DNA from: Octopus vulgaris
Lineage: Eukaryota
Assembly: GCA_951406725.2 (NCBI GenBank)
Contig: OX597822.1
Location: 118,792,001-118,856,000, forward strand
Length of the DNA stretch: 64,000 nucleotides
Direction of reading: 5' to 3'
Below are positions 26,179 to 39,920 of the stretch, one piece after another (position 1 is the stretch's first letter; each line of letters opens with the position of its first letter). The notes beneath the pieces are model-generated. The model searched no databases and was not told the DNA's origin. It saw nothing but the letters and a program-made list of their open reading frames with translations. Made by a program: the position numbers and the translations under genes.

Positions 26179-26416
26179 CTGTGTGTGTCTGTGTTTGTCC
26201 CCCTAGCATTGCTTGACAACCGATGCTGGTATGCTTACGTCTCCGTCACTTAGTGGTTCGGCAAAACAGACCAATAGAATAAGTACTGGGCTTACAAAGA
26301 ATAAGTCCTGGGGTCGATTTGCTCGACTAAAGGTGGTGCTCCAGCATGGCTGCAGTCAAATGACTGAAACAAGTAAAAGAGTAAAAGAGTATATATATAT
26401 ACATATGCATACATAT

Positions 26417-26751
26417 GGAAGCACTCCGTCGGTTACGACGATGAGGGTTCCGGTTGATCCGACCAACGGAACAGCCTGCTCGTGAAATTAACGTGTAAGT
26501 GGCTGAGCACTTCACAGACACGTGCACCCTTAACGTAGTTCTCGGGGATATTCTGCGTGACACAGAGAGTGACAAGGCCGGCCCTTTGAAATACAGGTAC
26601 AACAGAGACAGGAAGAAAGAGTGAGAGAAAGTTGTGGTGAAAGAGTACAGCAGGGATCATCACCATCCCCTGCAGGAGCCTCGTGGAGCTTTGGGTGTTT
26701 TCGCTCAATAAACACTCACAACTGCCCTAACCACTGGGCCATTGCGCCTCC
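26417..26751 (-). mobile_element. SINE family C (tRNA-Arg-like head) with a deletion of about 46 bp removing the B box
   Basis: Homologous to 52251-52627 but GGTTAGGGCAG joins directly to TTGTGAG. Flanked by ATGCATACATAT direct repeats. Confidence 0.85.
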
Positions 26752-26967
26752 CATGCATACATATATACATATACATACACACATGCATATATATATATTT
26801 CTTTACTACCCACAAGGGTCTAAACATAGAGGGGACAAACAAGGACAGACAAAGGGATTAAGTTGATTACATCACAGTGCATAACTGGTACTTAATTTAT
26901 TGACCCCGAAAGGATGAAAGGCAAACGACCTCGGTGGAATTTGAACATGCATATATATGTATATATA

Positions 26968-27033
<66 letters not shown>

Positions 27034-27368
27034 TACATATATACATATACACATATATATATATATATATAACACACACACATACACATGCATATATATA
27101 CATAAACATACACATATCTCATTTTGTCTGATATGCTAATGATTCTGCCAGCTCACCAACTTTACATATTTCCATCTATCAATCTTCTCTACCTCCTAAT
27201 CCTGGCAGGGTTGCGGGGATGGAGTCCTCAGGTACCCTGACATAGGGAACTATCAGAAGTAGCAATTTTTACACTTTTTCCTTCACATATTTATGGACAG
27301 AATAACTGTGAAGTTAATTTTTTCAAAATATTAAAAAAAAAAAAAGCGAAGTTCAGAATACCACTTAC

Positions 27369-27564
27369 TTTGTGCCATTTTTCATCGTTAACATGTATCT
27401 TGGGAATGGTCAGTGTTGCATGGCTTTGGCTACATCGAATCGTATAGACGAGGTAACCACGGAGTATTTGAATTGCCATGATTTCTGATTTGTCGTTTCG
27501 CCGATTCATATAAAGCAACAGTGCATCCTTAGATGAAGTACGGAACTCAAATTCAATTGTGCCC
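27369..27564 (-). CDS. Secreted single laminin-G-domain protein, exon 3
   Basis: T-rich tract with TTCAG acceptor, AAA|GTAAGT donor, 196 bp, phase 2-0. GTIEFEFRTSSKDALLLYM...MAIQILRGYLVY...VNDEKWHK has the classic LamG FRT..LLLY and VND..WH motifs. Confidence 0.93.
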
Positions 27565-27834
27565 CTGAATTAAAATAAAAATAAAATAAAAGTTGAATAA
27601 TTGTCTACATCAGGAGTTCTCAACAATTCTTTTGACTGTGTGGTACATTGCAGGGGAAATGAAAAAAATTACTAGGTATACACAATATGAATATAATAAA
27701 TATACAGTATTGATTTATAAACGCCATCTGTGAATTATAATTAACATAATTACGATATTAGTAATCATGGTGTCATGGTTGTTTGACAGGGAATTTCTTC
27801 ATAGAAATGTGTTAAAAACACAATATATATATAT

Positions 27835-28651
27835 GTCAGTGTGCACACACGACAGAGTGTAAGCACCCTGAGAGAAATGCTGGACATAAGAAGCATTGGA
27901 TGTGGTGTGCAAGAGAGACGTTTGCATTGGTATGGTCATGTACTACGGATGGATGAGGAGAGATGTGTGAAGAAATGCCACTCCCAAACAGTTGAAGGAA
28001 TCCAGGGTAGAGGTAGACCCAGGAAGATATGGGATGAGGTGGTCAAGCATGACCTTCGAACGTTGGGCCTCACAGAGACAATGATGAAAGACCGAGATCT
28101 CTAGAGATATGCTGTGACTGCGAAGACCTGACAGATAACGTGAGTTCATGGCTGTTTCCTGCACCAGCTTCACGTAGCAGCCCCAGCCCATCCAAAGTAC
28201 CTTGGATCGCAGGACAGCCTGCTGTGCTTACCTTGGATCATAGGGCAACCTGCTGTGCTTGAGGAGACCTATTGAGTCAAGTACATCAACATCAAAAAAT
28301 CAAATAGAAATTGTGATACCTGTGCCAGTGGCACGTAAAAAGCACCATCTGAATGTGGCCGATGCCAGCGCCACCTTGACTAGCCTCCGTGCCAGTGGCA
28401 CATGAAAAGTGCCAACCGGTCATGGCTGTTGCCAGCCTCCCCTGGCACCTGTGCCGATGGCACGTAAAAAGCACCCACTACACTCACGGTGTGGTTGGCA
28501 TTAGGAAGGGCTTCAAGCTGTAGAAACATTGCCAGATCAGACTGGAGCCTGGTGCAGCTTCCTGGCTCCCAGACCCGGGTCGAACGATCCAATCTATGCT
28601 AGCATGGAAAATGGACGTTAAACGACGACGATGATGATGATGATGATGATG
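27835..28651 (+). mobile_element. RTE-clade LINE 3' end (ORF C-terminus plus 3' UTR, (GAT)n tail)
   Basis: RRLHWYGHVLRMDEERCVKK..GRGRPRKIWDEVVKHDL, followed by the UTR ending GGACGTTAAACGACGACGATGATG. Confidence 0.88.
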
Positions 28652-29688
28652 AGGCTATAATGGAAGACACTTGCCCAAGGTGCCATGCAGTGGGACTGAA
28701 CCCGGAATCATGTGGTTGGTAAGCAAGCTACTTACCACACAGCTACTCCTACGCCTCATAACTTTTTAGGAATCCTTACGATTATGAAAAAAAATGTTAT
28801 TTTCATTTTTCGAATTGGTAAAAGAAATTTTGTTTTTTTAATTTTACAAATCTTTTTCTTTAAAACCAGAGTTTAAAATAGGGACAGTTAAAATTTTTTG
28901 CTAAAATCCCAGTAATAGACCCTTAAATGTGTTTATAGGGAGAAAGATTTTGAAAAATGTCAACATAACTAGGCACAGGAGTGGCTGTGTGGTAAGTAGC
29001 TTGCTTACCAACCACATGGTTCCGGGTTCAGTCCCACTGCATAGCATCTTGGGCAAGTGTCTTCTGCTATAGCCCCGGGCCGACCAATGCCTTGTGAGTG
29101 GATTTGGTAGACGGAAACTGAAAGAAGCCCGTCGTATATATGTATATATGTATGTGTTTGTCCCCCTAGCATTGCTTGATAACCGATGCTGGTGTGTTTA
29201 CGTCCCCGTCACTTAGCGGTTCGGCAAAAAGAGACCGATAGAATAAGTACTAGGCTTACAAAGAATAAGTCATGGGGTCGATTTGCTCGACTAAAGGTGG
29301 TGCTCCAGCATGGCCGCAGTCAAATGACTGAAACAAGTAAAGAGATTATATCAGAGTGACAAAGAAAGGAGAGCATCAGGTGGTCAAGAGATATGCTAAA
29401 AATAACAGCTAAATTTCTCTTAAATCATGCACAAAACATTTTTTTGTTTATTTTTTGAAGAATTGTATGAATTCCCACATATTCGCAAAATTTTTCTGAA
29501 AATTCTCAAAAACTGAAAATGCTGGTTATATTTTGTGAAATGGTGATAGCTCTAAAAAGACAAAAATAAAATAAAAACTTTATAGTATTTTCTTTTCTCA
29601 ATTTTAACTGATCTAAAAGGTATTCAAGATGACACATTTAATTAGAAAGCATTTCAGATAAATCAAAATGGAACACGTGAGTACTTAC

Positions 29689-29783
29689 TGTTCATAAAAT
29701 TCATTTTTAAAATCAATTTCAAACAAACTGCCAGCTACAGGTTCTATTTTGACACCACTCCAACCAAAAGCATCAATGTTTGA
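29689..29783 (-). CDS. Secreted single laminin-G-domain protein, exon 2
   Basis: TTTTCTCTTTTTATAG acceptor, CA|GTAAGT donor, 95 bp, phase 0-2. SNIDAFGWSGVKIEPVAGSLFEIDFKNEFYE(Q) joins exon 3 in frame. Confidence 0.85.
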
Positions 29784-29900
29784 CTATAAAAAGAGAAAAC
29801 ATTAGAAATATTTTAATAAAAACTATCTTTTATATGAAATCACTGAGACTGACTAATGAGTAAAGTATGTGATAATAACAACAACAACAACAACAACAAC

Positions 29901-29963
<63 letters not shown>

Positions 29964-29969
29964 AAGAAG

Positions 29970-30460
29970 AAAAGGTCACAGAAAATGAGAAAGCAACCAT
30001 ACTCTGGGATATGCCGATACACACAGATAGAGAAATTAAGGCAAACAGACCAGATATAGTTGTCAGAGACCATGAAGAAAAAAAAATGCTTTCTAATTGA
30101 TGTATCAGTACCGGCAGATGACAACGTGTCTCTAAAAGAAATGGAGAAACTCTCAAAATACAAAGACCTGGAAATAGAGGTAACCAGAATGTGGAATCTG
30201 AAAACAGAAACAATTCCTATCATAGTAGATGCATTAGGCATGATAAAAAAATATTCAGACAAATACATAACAAAAACACCGGGACTTACAAACACATATA
30301 ACATACAGAAAATTGCACTACTAGGCACTGCACACATCCTACGCAGAACACTTTCCATACAATAACCATCAGAGCATCACAACAAATTACAGCACATACC
30401 CAAGGTGCACAGAGCTGCGCTCGGTAGTGAAGTGAAAGCATGATATATAAAATATAATAC

Positions 30461-30462
<2 letters not shown>
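29970..30462 (+). mobile_element. R4/Dong-like non-LTR retrotransposon 3' fragment (restriction-like endonuclease) inside a (TAA)n array
   Basis: ILWDMPIHTDREIKANRPDIVV..CFLIDVSVP.D..KEMEKLSKYKDL..PIIV.ALG..QKIALLGTAHILRR (RLE PD..D-x-K motif). AAT repeats on both sides. Confidence 0.88.
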
Positions 30463-30531
<69 letters not shown>

Positions 30532-31214
30532 TATAATAATTATAATCCTTTCTACTACTATAGGCACAAGGCCTGAAATTTTTGGGGAAGAGACCAATTG
30601 ATTACATCAACCCCAGTGTTTCACTGGTACTTAATTTATCGACCCTGAAAAATATGAAAGGCAAATTTGACTTCCATGGAATTTGAACTCGGAATGTAAA
30701 GACAGATGAAATACTGCTAAGCATTTTGCCCAGCATGCTTACGCTTCTGGCAAATGATCATAATAATGATTTCAAATTTTGGCACAAGGCCAGCAATTTG
30801 AGGGAGGGGCTAAGTTGATTACATTGACCCCAGTGTTTAACTGGTACATATTTCATCAACCTCTGAAAGGTGAAAGGCAAAGTCGACCCTGCAACATTGA
30901 ACCTCAAATAATGATAATAATAATGTTTGTCCATCATTGTCAACGTTGACCAGGACATGACATGGGAGAAGAAGATGGGTCACAGTGCATCTGGCTGTGA
31001 CCAATAAGACCAATGCCTGCTTGAAAGGTTCTGCTCCAGGTTGGGCATGAGTGGCCTGCTGAGAACAAAGGCAAGGAATTGGTCCTGGCCCTGCATAGCT
31101 CATCTTTTCTTATCCTATCCTCTTTGCAGGAGGTGCACCTCTGTCAGTGCAGCTACACCAGGCTGGGTAGTCCTGTGCCTATACTTCCCAGGTGTTGGTA
31201 TACACTAAGAGACA

Positions 31215-31950
31215 ATGCAGGCAGACTATTTGCGTTGGACAAAACACATCACTAAAATTGCCAAGAAGGCTGAGGGTGTCTTGGCATCACTCACCAAGTC
31301 CTTTGTGAGCCGCTCTCCAGCTATCTATCTGCGGCTTTATATAGCTATGGTATGACCTCACCTGGAATTTGCATCTCCAGTCTGGAACCCCTATCTTGCC
31401 CAGGATATTAATCGTCTGGAAGCCGTTCAGCGACGTGCAACCAAAAGAATACCCTCCATCAGGCATTTGCCATATCCTGAACGCCTTACTTCCCTGGGCA
31501 TGGATACATTGAAGCTTCGACGTCTGGCAGCTGACTTGGCAGACACCCATAAAATTATTAACCATCTTACAAACAATAACTCTGAGCATCTTTTCAAACT
31601 CCACCTGTCTAACACCAGTGGACATGTTTACAAAGCCAGAAAACAGCACAGCTCCCATGACTTCAGGAAACATTTTTTCACGCTGAGAGTTGCTGAAGCA
31701 TGGAACAAACTGCCGGCATCAGTTGTTAGTTGTCGGAGCACTGCATCCTTCAAAACTTCCATGCTTCCTGAGATTTGCCAACACTACACCTGGTTTTCTC
31801 CCCTCCATACACACAAGCAAGCAGGTATCTGACTCATACACTGTTCACTTCCCAGACATTTGTACATTACCGCACATGCTTTATATGCACTTTTGACAAG
31901 TTGTGGTGCACCTGAGCACTGTATGCAATTATTTCATTATTATTATTATC
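31215..31950 (+). mobile_element. CR1/L2-like LINE 3' fragment
   Basis: PHLEFASPVWNPYLAQDINRLEAVQRRATKRIP..YPERL..L.TLKLRR..DL..FFTLRVAEAWNKLP, then (ATT)n tail. Confidence 0.9.
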
Positions 31951-34000
31951 TGGAAATCACATTTAGTTCTGAAACATGTTGAACAAGAAATGGACATTTT
32001 TTCCTTTCTTTCAATGCAGGGATCTCACACTTCAAATTGTAAAGTTTTAATAATCCTCTTCCAATTTGGGTGCATCGAAGCACTACTAATGAAAAATCCT
32101 TTACTTATGAGATTAACAACAAGGGTGCCGCTACATAATGGCTCAACCTGCCAGAAATAGCCAAAGTTTCTCCTATATTCTACCATCCAAAACGAGGCTG
32201 GACACTTTAAGAATTGTAGTTCTAGAAAAACTATATTTGGAAATAAAACTGAATGCCTATGGCTTGAAAATCTCATTAGGCATTGATCAGCTTGATTCAG
32301 ATACACCTTAGCTAAACAGAAACAACAGTGAGCCAATGAGCGACCTCTATGTGGTCACTTAACATATTAGAAATATATATATATATATTTATACCAGTGT
32401 GGAAGATATCATCCACTTCATCAGCAGTTGTCCCAAAATGTCTATGAAATGCCTTTTAATAAGTCCCATATCTAACGAAAATAATAGAATACAAATCATA
32501 TGTGTTTTTAAAAGGTTATGTTGTAAATAACCACAGTGAACCAGCATTCGATACATTTAAATCTAGATATACACAACATATGCATTCCGTTTTATTACAG
32601 ATACAGATGCATAAAATGAACATGTCACTATCTGGGTTGTTTAAATTTGATGCAGAATAACATTGATGCAGCCATAATCTGGTCTTCGATAGAAGCTGTT
32701 CTCACCATCTCCAAAATGTTCTCACCATCTCCAAAATGTTCCCAACATCTCCAAAATGTGGATCTTATGAATTACAAAGCACAACATCATAACATTATCG
32801 TTTTATTTTCTCAGCAAAATGTCAGAAATAGGATTTAAGTGAAGACATGAGGGCCAATTCTTGTTAGGAGTAACAGAATGAAAAAAAACCTCAGCACCCA
32901 AGGAAACTAGAGAGGGCTTGCCCAAAATGTCAGAACTCACAGTTTCTCATGGCACATAATATTTGTGCTTCCATAAGGTGGCAAGTTGGCAGAATCGTTA
33001 GCACACCAAACAAAATGCTTAGCAGCATTTCAACTGTCTATATGTTCTGAGTTCAATTTCCGCTGAGGTTGACTTTGCCTTTCATCCCTTCAGTGTAAAT
33101 AAAATAAGTACCAGTTGAGCACTGGGGGTGTATAATTGCTGAAATGGCTGGCCTTGTGCCAAAATTTGAAACCAATATTTCTGATTAGATGTCTAAATAT
33201 CTGAAATGACATTTTGATAACAAAATTATAATTTTTCCAGCTATTAATCCCATTCTTATGAATGAAAAATGCTAAAGCTTTTTGTTTAGAAGTTTAAGGT
33301 TCATAAATTGAAATCAAATCTGGTAAAATGAATAAGACACCTGAAGCCAATCAGGGATCAAACTACATACAACATAGTATATATTCTCTTCTTTCAGTCA
33401 ATTGACTGTGGCCATACTGGAGCACTGCCTTTAGTCAAACAAATCACCCCACCCCCCACCCCCAGGACTTATTCTTTGTAAGCTTAGTACTTATTCTATC
33501 AGTCTCTTCTGCTGAACCGCTAAGTTACAGGAATGTAAGCATATCAACATCAGTTCTTAAACAATGATAGAAGCATAGAAGAAGCTTGCCCAAGGTGCCA
33601 TGCAGTGGGACTGAACCTGGAACCACGTTGTTGGTAAGCAAGCTTCTTACCACACAGCCACTCCTGCCCCTATGCATAAATATTGAAAAGAAAAGTTTCC
33701 TCTCTTAATACGAGGCTAGTAGACTAAAGAAATTATAATATTGATTTATCTTATTTTAACGAATTTAATAGTAGCAATGAATTGTTAGCTACCTCAAACT
33801 GCATGATTGTTACAAGTGATCTAATTACTGATAATGCAAGACAATCAAGTAATTATAGAGAAACTTGGAATGGTGAAAGTAGGAAATTATAGTTTCCAGC
33901 AAAGAAATAAATAAATTCTAACAATTTTTTTTTTTTTGACTTTTCACTTCCTCTTTCATTTATATGCTCCAACACACACACACACACACACACACACGCG

Positions 34001-34035
<35 letters not shown>

Positions 34036-34302
34036 TTATACACTCATGGATGCACAAGTGTGTGTCTCTACAGGTACATGAACATTAACACAGGTGTAAG
34101 CCGTAACAATTTCATGCAGGTGAAATAAATGATCAAACTTGAACTGTCTGTAGGTTTTGCTTTCCTATTGGTGATCAATATATTCACCATTGGTGATAGA
34201 GTTATTGATTTCAGATGAGGCAGAAATTAGAGTTGTGATATTCAGATTTTTTCCGGTTTCATTAAGGAAATAACTGATGCAAAACGGCTTCAATTGTACA
34301 AT

Positions 34303-34606
34303 GTTGTTTGTTCCTTCTCGAGCCTTGATTGGCTCATAAGGGCCAGTTTCCCGGTTTCCTTGGCGTATAGGTTCCCCACCTGGATGGGACGCCGGTCCGT
34401 CGCAGGTGAGCTGCAAGATGCAGGAGAAAAGAGTGAGAGAAAGTTGCGGCAAAAGAGTCAGCAGAAGTTCGCCATTACCTTCTGCTGGAGCCGCGTGGAG
34501 CTTAGGTGTTTCACTCATAAACACACACGTCGCCCAGTCTGAGATTCGAACCCGCGATCCCTCAACCATGAATCCGCTGCTCTAACCACTAGGCCACATG
34601 CCTCCA
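34303..34606 (-). mobile_element. SINE family D (tRNA-Arg-like head shared with family C, different tail), full length with TSD
   Basis: A box TGGCCTAGTGGTTAGAGC, B box GGTTCGAATCTC. 12-bp TSD CAATTGTACAAT at 34291-34302 and 34607-34618. Confidence 0.9.
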
Positions 34607-36838
34607 CAATTGTACAATAGTATAGCATATACTGTAATCTCTCTCTCTCTCACAGAGAGAGAGAGAGAGAGAGAAAGAAAGAGACAGAAAGAGAGAAAGA
34701 GCTAGAGCCAGAATTTTATATATTTCCCTTGTTAAACATTATGACACACCTTTTCCTTTAAACTGTATTATAAACTCAATCAATAAACAAGAAATAAAGG
34801 TTCTTATTCAATTCATCTCACCTTCCTTCTTTTCTTTTTAATTATTCTTCTAAGGAAGGAAATCCTTTACAGGTGTGGGCACACACCTACGAAGCTAGCA
34901 TCTGAACATGATCACAGTCCATTGACTAATTCCACAAAAGGAGTTCTAAGCATAGCAGACTGTAGTAATCTGAGGTTGGTAGAATATTAGACTATTTGAA
35001 AAAATAACTGTGAACACAAGTTACACTCTTATATGCTTCGAGTTCAAATCCCACCAAAGTCAATTTCAATTTTCTTTTTTCTGTGGTCAACAAAATCAAT
35101 ATTACTCAAGTATTGGGTTGATTACTCTCTTTTACTCCTTTTACTCTTTTACTTGTTTCAGGTATTTGACTGCGGCCATGCTGGAGCACCGCCTTTACTC
35201 AAGAAAATCGACCCCGAGACTTATTCTTTGTAAGCCTGGTACTTATTCTATCGGTCTCTTTTGCCAAACCGCTAAGTTACGGGGATGTAAACACACCAGC
35301 ATTGGTTGTCAAGTGATTTTAGGGGGGACAAACACAGACATAAACATATACACACACATACATATATATATATACATACATACATGCGACGGGCTTCTTT
35401 CAGTTTCTGTCTACCAAATTCACTCACAAGGCTTTGGTCGGCCCAAGGCTATAGTAGAAGACACTTGCCCAAGGTGCCACACAGTGGGACTGAACCCGGA
35501 ACCATGTTGTTAGTAAGCAAGCTACTTACCACAAAGCCACTCCTGCGCCTATTTCTATAAAGGATACTCAATGTGACTGGTAATATATAATAGAGGCCTA
35601 AGACTGTATAGTAAAGAAATGAATATAAGTTGACAGACAAGTTCGTGAGATTAATACTACAGAATGCTTCACAATAAAATGCAAAATTTTGTTACATTAA
35701 TGAATGCGCTCCAACCTTTGACCCACAAACTTGCTGTCTCCTCTCTCTCTCTGTTTTCTGTTGTTACTATTATGGCCTCTGTTCCTCAGAACTGGAGGGC
35801 ATCATACTTCCACCATTCAAGCAACCCTGATCCACTTGTTTTTCCTCCTCCTCGTCTCACATGGTGCATTGAACCCTGTCCCCCTTTGGTCCCCTATTAA
35901 CCATTGTGCTCATTCTTTGCCTATAGAATCTTTTCCCTGTTTGTGTTTTTTCTTCAACAGTTTAAACAGAATAATAATGGTTTCAGATTTAGGTGCAAAG
36001 CCAATAGTTTTGAGGGAGGTTTATAAATTGATGCCATCAATCTCAGTATGTGATTGGTACTTTATTTCATCAACCTCTAGGGAATGAAAAGCAAAGTTGA
36101 CCCTGATAGTATAAGAATGTAATGAGCCAGAACAAATTGCTTATTACAATTCTACAAGCCATCTGCCCAAAATGGAACAATAATCCTTTCTATTGTAGGC
36201 ACAAGGTCTGAAATTTGGGGGAGGGGGAGAGTCGATTACATCGACCCCCAGTACTCAACTGGTACTTAATTTATCGACCCTGAAGGGATGAAAGGTGAAG
36301 TCAACCTGGGTGCAATTTGAACTCAGAACATAGCGATGGGCATAATACCACTAAGCATTTTATCCAGCATGCTAACAACCCTGCCAGCTTACCACCTGCC
36401 TAAATGGAACAATAATGGCAACAAAGTCGCTGATCTTGGAGAGCCTGGAGAGGTTTTGGTCAATATTCTTTCCTCCAGAGTCAAGAAGTTTAAAAAAAAA
36501 AAAAACTACACCCCCCACCCCTCAGTCAGTAAGGGTTGAATAAAGCTGCACTTTTAGCAGTTTTTGAATTTGCTAAAACTCTTTTAAACACTTTTATATA
36601 GTGAACCTCTATTTTTGGTGTTATTTATTTGACTCCAGGTCTGCTCTGACCAAGCGTGTTTATGATCAAGAGCAATTACATTTGTGAGCATCCGGCCTTT
36701 CTTTTCCAGGTATAATGTGTTCAGGACTACATTGTTCAATGTGTTCTTGATACTTTAGGACTTTAGAGTTTGGTATGAGAGAGAAACAAACAAAAAACAG
36801 ATGAATTCATTAAATGTTCACTTCTTTTTATCATTAAA

Positions 36839-37212
36839 CTAGTAGTATCACCCGGCGTTGCTCGGGTTTGTTTCGACCCTTTAGAATTGGAATTTTTGAA
36901 AAGTAAAAATTTTACATTATGTAGCTTGTTATTCTCTTTAAGTGAACATTTTCCTGGTTGAAATACACCGAAAAATGGCGACACAGCAGTCAAAAAATCG
37001 TAAAAAATTGGGATTTTCATAGAAAAAAGAGGACCATTTTGATGTAAATAATTTTTGGTGTTAACATGGTCCGATTTGAAATTTTTCTTCTACGGAATGA
37101 AGAGCAAGTCTTCTACCATACTCTCGATTTTGGGCAACTTGCGCCGCAGGGTCTCGGAAGAGATAGTGTTAGTTGAAGGCTACCAAACCTGCCACACACA
37201 GACAACTTCAGA
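36839..37212 (-). mobile_element. Non-autonomous Helitron, second family
   Basis: 3' hairpin CCCGAGCAACGCCGGG and CTAG end like 19281, but with a different body. 5' end uncertain. Confidence 0.7.
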
Positions 37213-38018
37213 GAGATTCACTGTAAAATACTTGGTTAATATGCAGTTTAGGGGTTTAAATTGACTGGAAATGACGACAGTTACATCTCATAATTTCATA
37301 TAGGGAACTGGTGAAATCCCTAATTTTATAAACAGAACACCTTTATTACACCATGCCAACAGGAACCTACTTGTATAGTATTAGAGCAACAATTCAAAAT
37401 GTAACCTCTGGATATTCGATCAGAAACCAGGGTGAACCACCATAGTTTCACGTGATTGGTCTATTAATCAACTAATCAGCATGAGGCTGTGATGTGGTAT
37501 GGTTTTCTTGAATGTTCTAGAATTTAGCTTCTGATTCCCTTTAACAATCGTTTGATGCTTAGAGTGCAGATGGCCAATGCACCTCTGTTATCGCAGAGAT
37601 TTGAGCAGTCGACTTCATATATTTTGGGATCAAATGCATTTTATCACAGAAGTAGCTTTCTATAATTTCAGAGCAGTTTGTCTCATCTCAGTTGGCAATA
37701 TTTATATTCTTCATTGGAAATAGCCAACACCAAATATCTTTGTGTCCAGCAACAAATATTCAGTTAAATGCTTGTAGGTTTTACTTCAGTTGTCATTCAT
37801 GCAGCCAACAAAATCGATCATTTCCCTCCACTACTTAAGCAACAAACAACCAATGACGGTATCTTGTAATGATATCTTAGCGGTTGGGATGCTGTTTCAA
37901 TGTACTATACCCGGCAATGAAAACCATTCAGAAGGAAATTTAAGCATGGTAGCCAACACAGTTTCACTTGAGCAATGCAACAATCCTGCACAACTATTGA
38001 ACTCTACAGAAAGAATTA

Positions 38019-38530
38019 CTGTAAATCCTCGAGTATAATCCGCATTTTTCCCCCAAAATTTAAAGGTCAACATCCCCAGTGCGTACTATACACGAGGTTA
38101 AAAATGAAAAATAATCTCTAAGCAATGTCCGAGTCTCTATTTGCTGTCTGGCAATGTTTATTCAGATACATTTTGTGATGTTGGGTGTGAAAATACCTTA
38201 AGCTAAGCCTGAAAGCAATGAATTCATAAAAGAATCATCCATAACTTGCAGTAAGCAACATTTATTAAACGTTATTACTGTTATTTCTTTATTTTCTGCA
38301 AACAAAAGGCACAAAAAAGCTACACGTTTGCATTATGTTATATATACAATAATAATAAAGGACGTTATTGTATGTATTTTTACAAACCAAGGACGTTATA
38401 TAGACCTCCTTGACTCAAGTTAGAGAAGGGGTGCGTATTATACACAAGGTTTAGGTTTTTCAGAAGTACAGCCCCCTAAAAATCCCCTGCGTATTATACT
38501 CAAGGGCGGACTATACTCGAGGATTTACGG
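38019..38530. mobile_element. pogo/Tc2-like MITE
   Basis: TA TSD. TIRs C(T/C)GTAAATCCTCGAGTATA(A/G)TCCGC. Subterminal GCGTAyTATAC-C-AGG repeats. Confidence 0.88.
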
Positions 38531-38851
38531 TACAGAAAAGAGGTACGATCGCTCTCATTGGTTCATATTTTATATGTTTATATGTTTGATAGATTGTTTA
38601 CTTGAAATTATCAGATTTCACAGTCATCATTTGCTGCCAATTTGCTTTCATTTTTTTGTAGTTAACTAAATGTTAACTACATAATTTTCTCTGGGATTCT
38701 TTTTGAAGTTTTGCATTTTTTTTATCCTCCAGTTTTAAAACCACTGAACAAAAGAAGAATCATACCTTTGTACAATTACATACAGAGCTCTTGATATAAT
38801 TAAATATATTGGTCAAAGATCTTTCAACACAGCCATGCCCTTCGTCTGCAC

Positions 38852-38902
<51 letters not shown>

Positions 38903-39233
38903 ACTTTATGACGTAAAAAAAAGAGACAGAGAAAGAAAAAGAAGTTGGAAATATTTTTTTCTTATTGAGTTTTAGAAAAAGCGAGTGAATGTATGAAAGC
39001 TGGCGATTTTTCAAGCAGGTTAGGAATAGTCTAGGAACTCCAATACGAGCGATACATATTTAAAAATTAACAGTTCAGACTGTTTGGGAAATGTGGTGAT
39101 GATAGGTCGGCTGTTATAAATTGAGGGTGGAGACATGCATAACAATAATTAACTTTTCTTAATACCAAAGTAACCGTTACTTGCATGATCTCTCCTTCCC
39201 CCTGTGTGTGTGTGTGTGTATTATGTGTATATG

Positions 39234-39337
<104 letters not shown>

Positions 39338-39345
39338 CGTGCGTG

Positions 39346-39377
<32 letters not shown>

Positions 39378-39920
39378 TACATGCATATATACAATATAAA
39401 TATATACACATATATATAAAGAGAGAGAGACAGAGATATATGCACATACGTATACATACATGCATGCATATATGTACAGAGACACACACACACATACACA
39501 TATATGCATACACATATATACATACACACACATGCACACACACTCATATATATATACACACATGCATGTGTGTGTGTGTGTGTATGTGTGTGTGTGTGTG
39601 TATCATCCTCATTTAACGTTTGTTTTCCATGCTGGCATGGGTTGGATGGTTTGATAGGAGCTCGCAAACCAGAGAACTGTCCAGACTCCAACTGTCCGTT
39701 TTGGCATCGATGCCCTTCCTAATACCAACCACTTTATAGAGTATAATGGGTACTTTTTACATACCAATGGCATTAGTGCATTCACATAGCACCAGGGCGA
39801 GTGCATTTTACATGACACCAGTGCAACGGCACAAGTACATTTAATGTGACGCCAGCACGTGTAAAGGACATGTCTGTCTGTATGGGTGGCTGCGATTTTA
39901 CTTTGCTTGACGTGTAATCA

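Noticed and set aside
32697-32760. Short tandem duplications (20 bp x3; also about 26 bp at 9677-9729 and 15 bp at 9908-9938)
   Set aside because: Ordinary slippage products with no further structure.
34822-34902. Good minus-strand donor GAAG|GTGAGA
   Set aside because: All frames upstream contain stops, so it cannot be a coding exon of the LamG gene.
38766-38845. Possible minus-strand exon (AG|ACGAAGGG...AAAG|GTATGA)
   Set aside because: It has no polypyrimidine tract (it abuts (TA)n), its phase-1 start is incompatible with the signal-peptide exon, and it shows no domain similarity.
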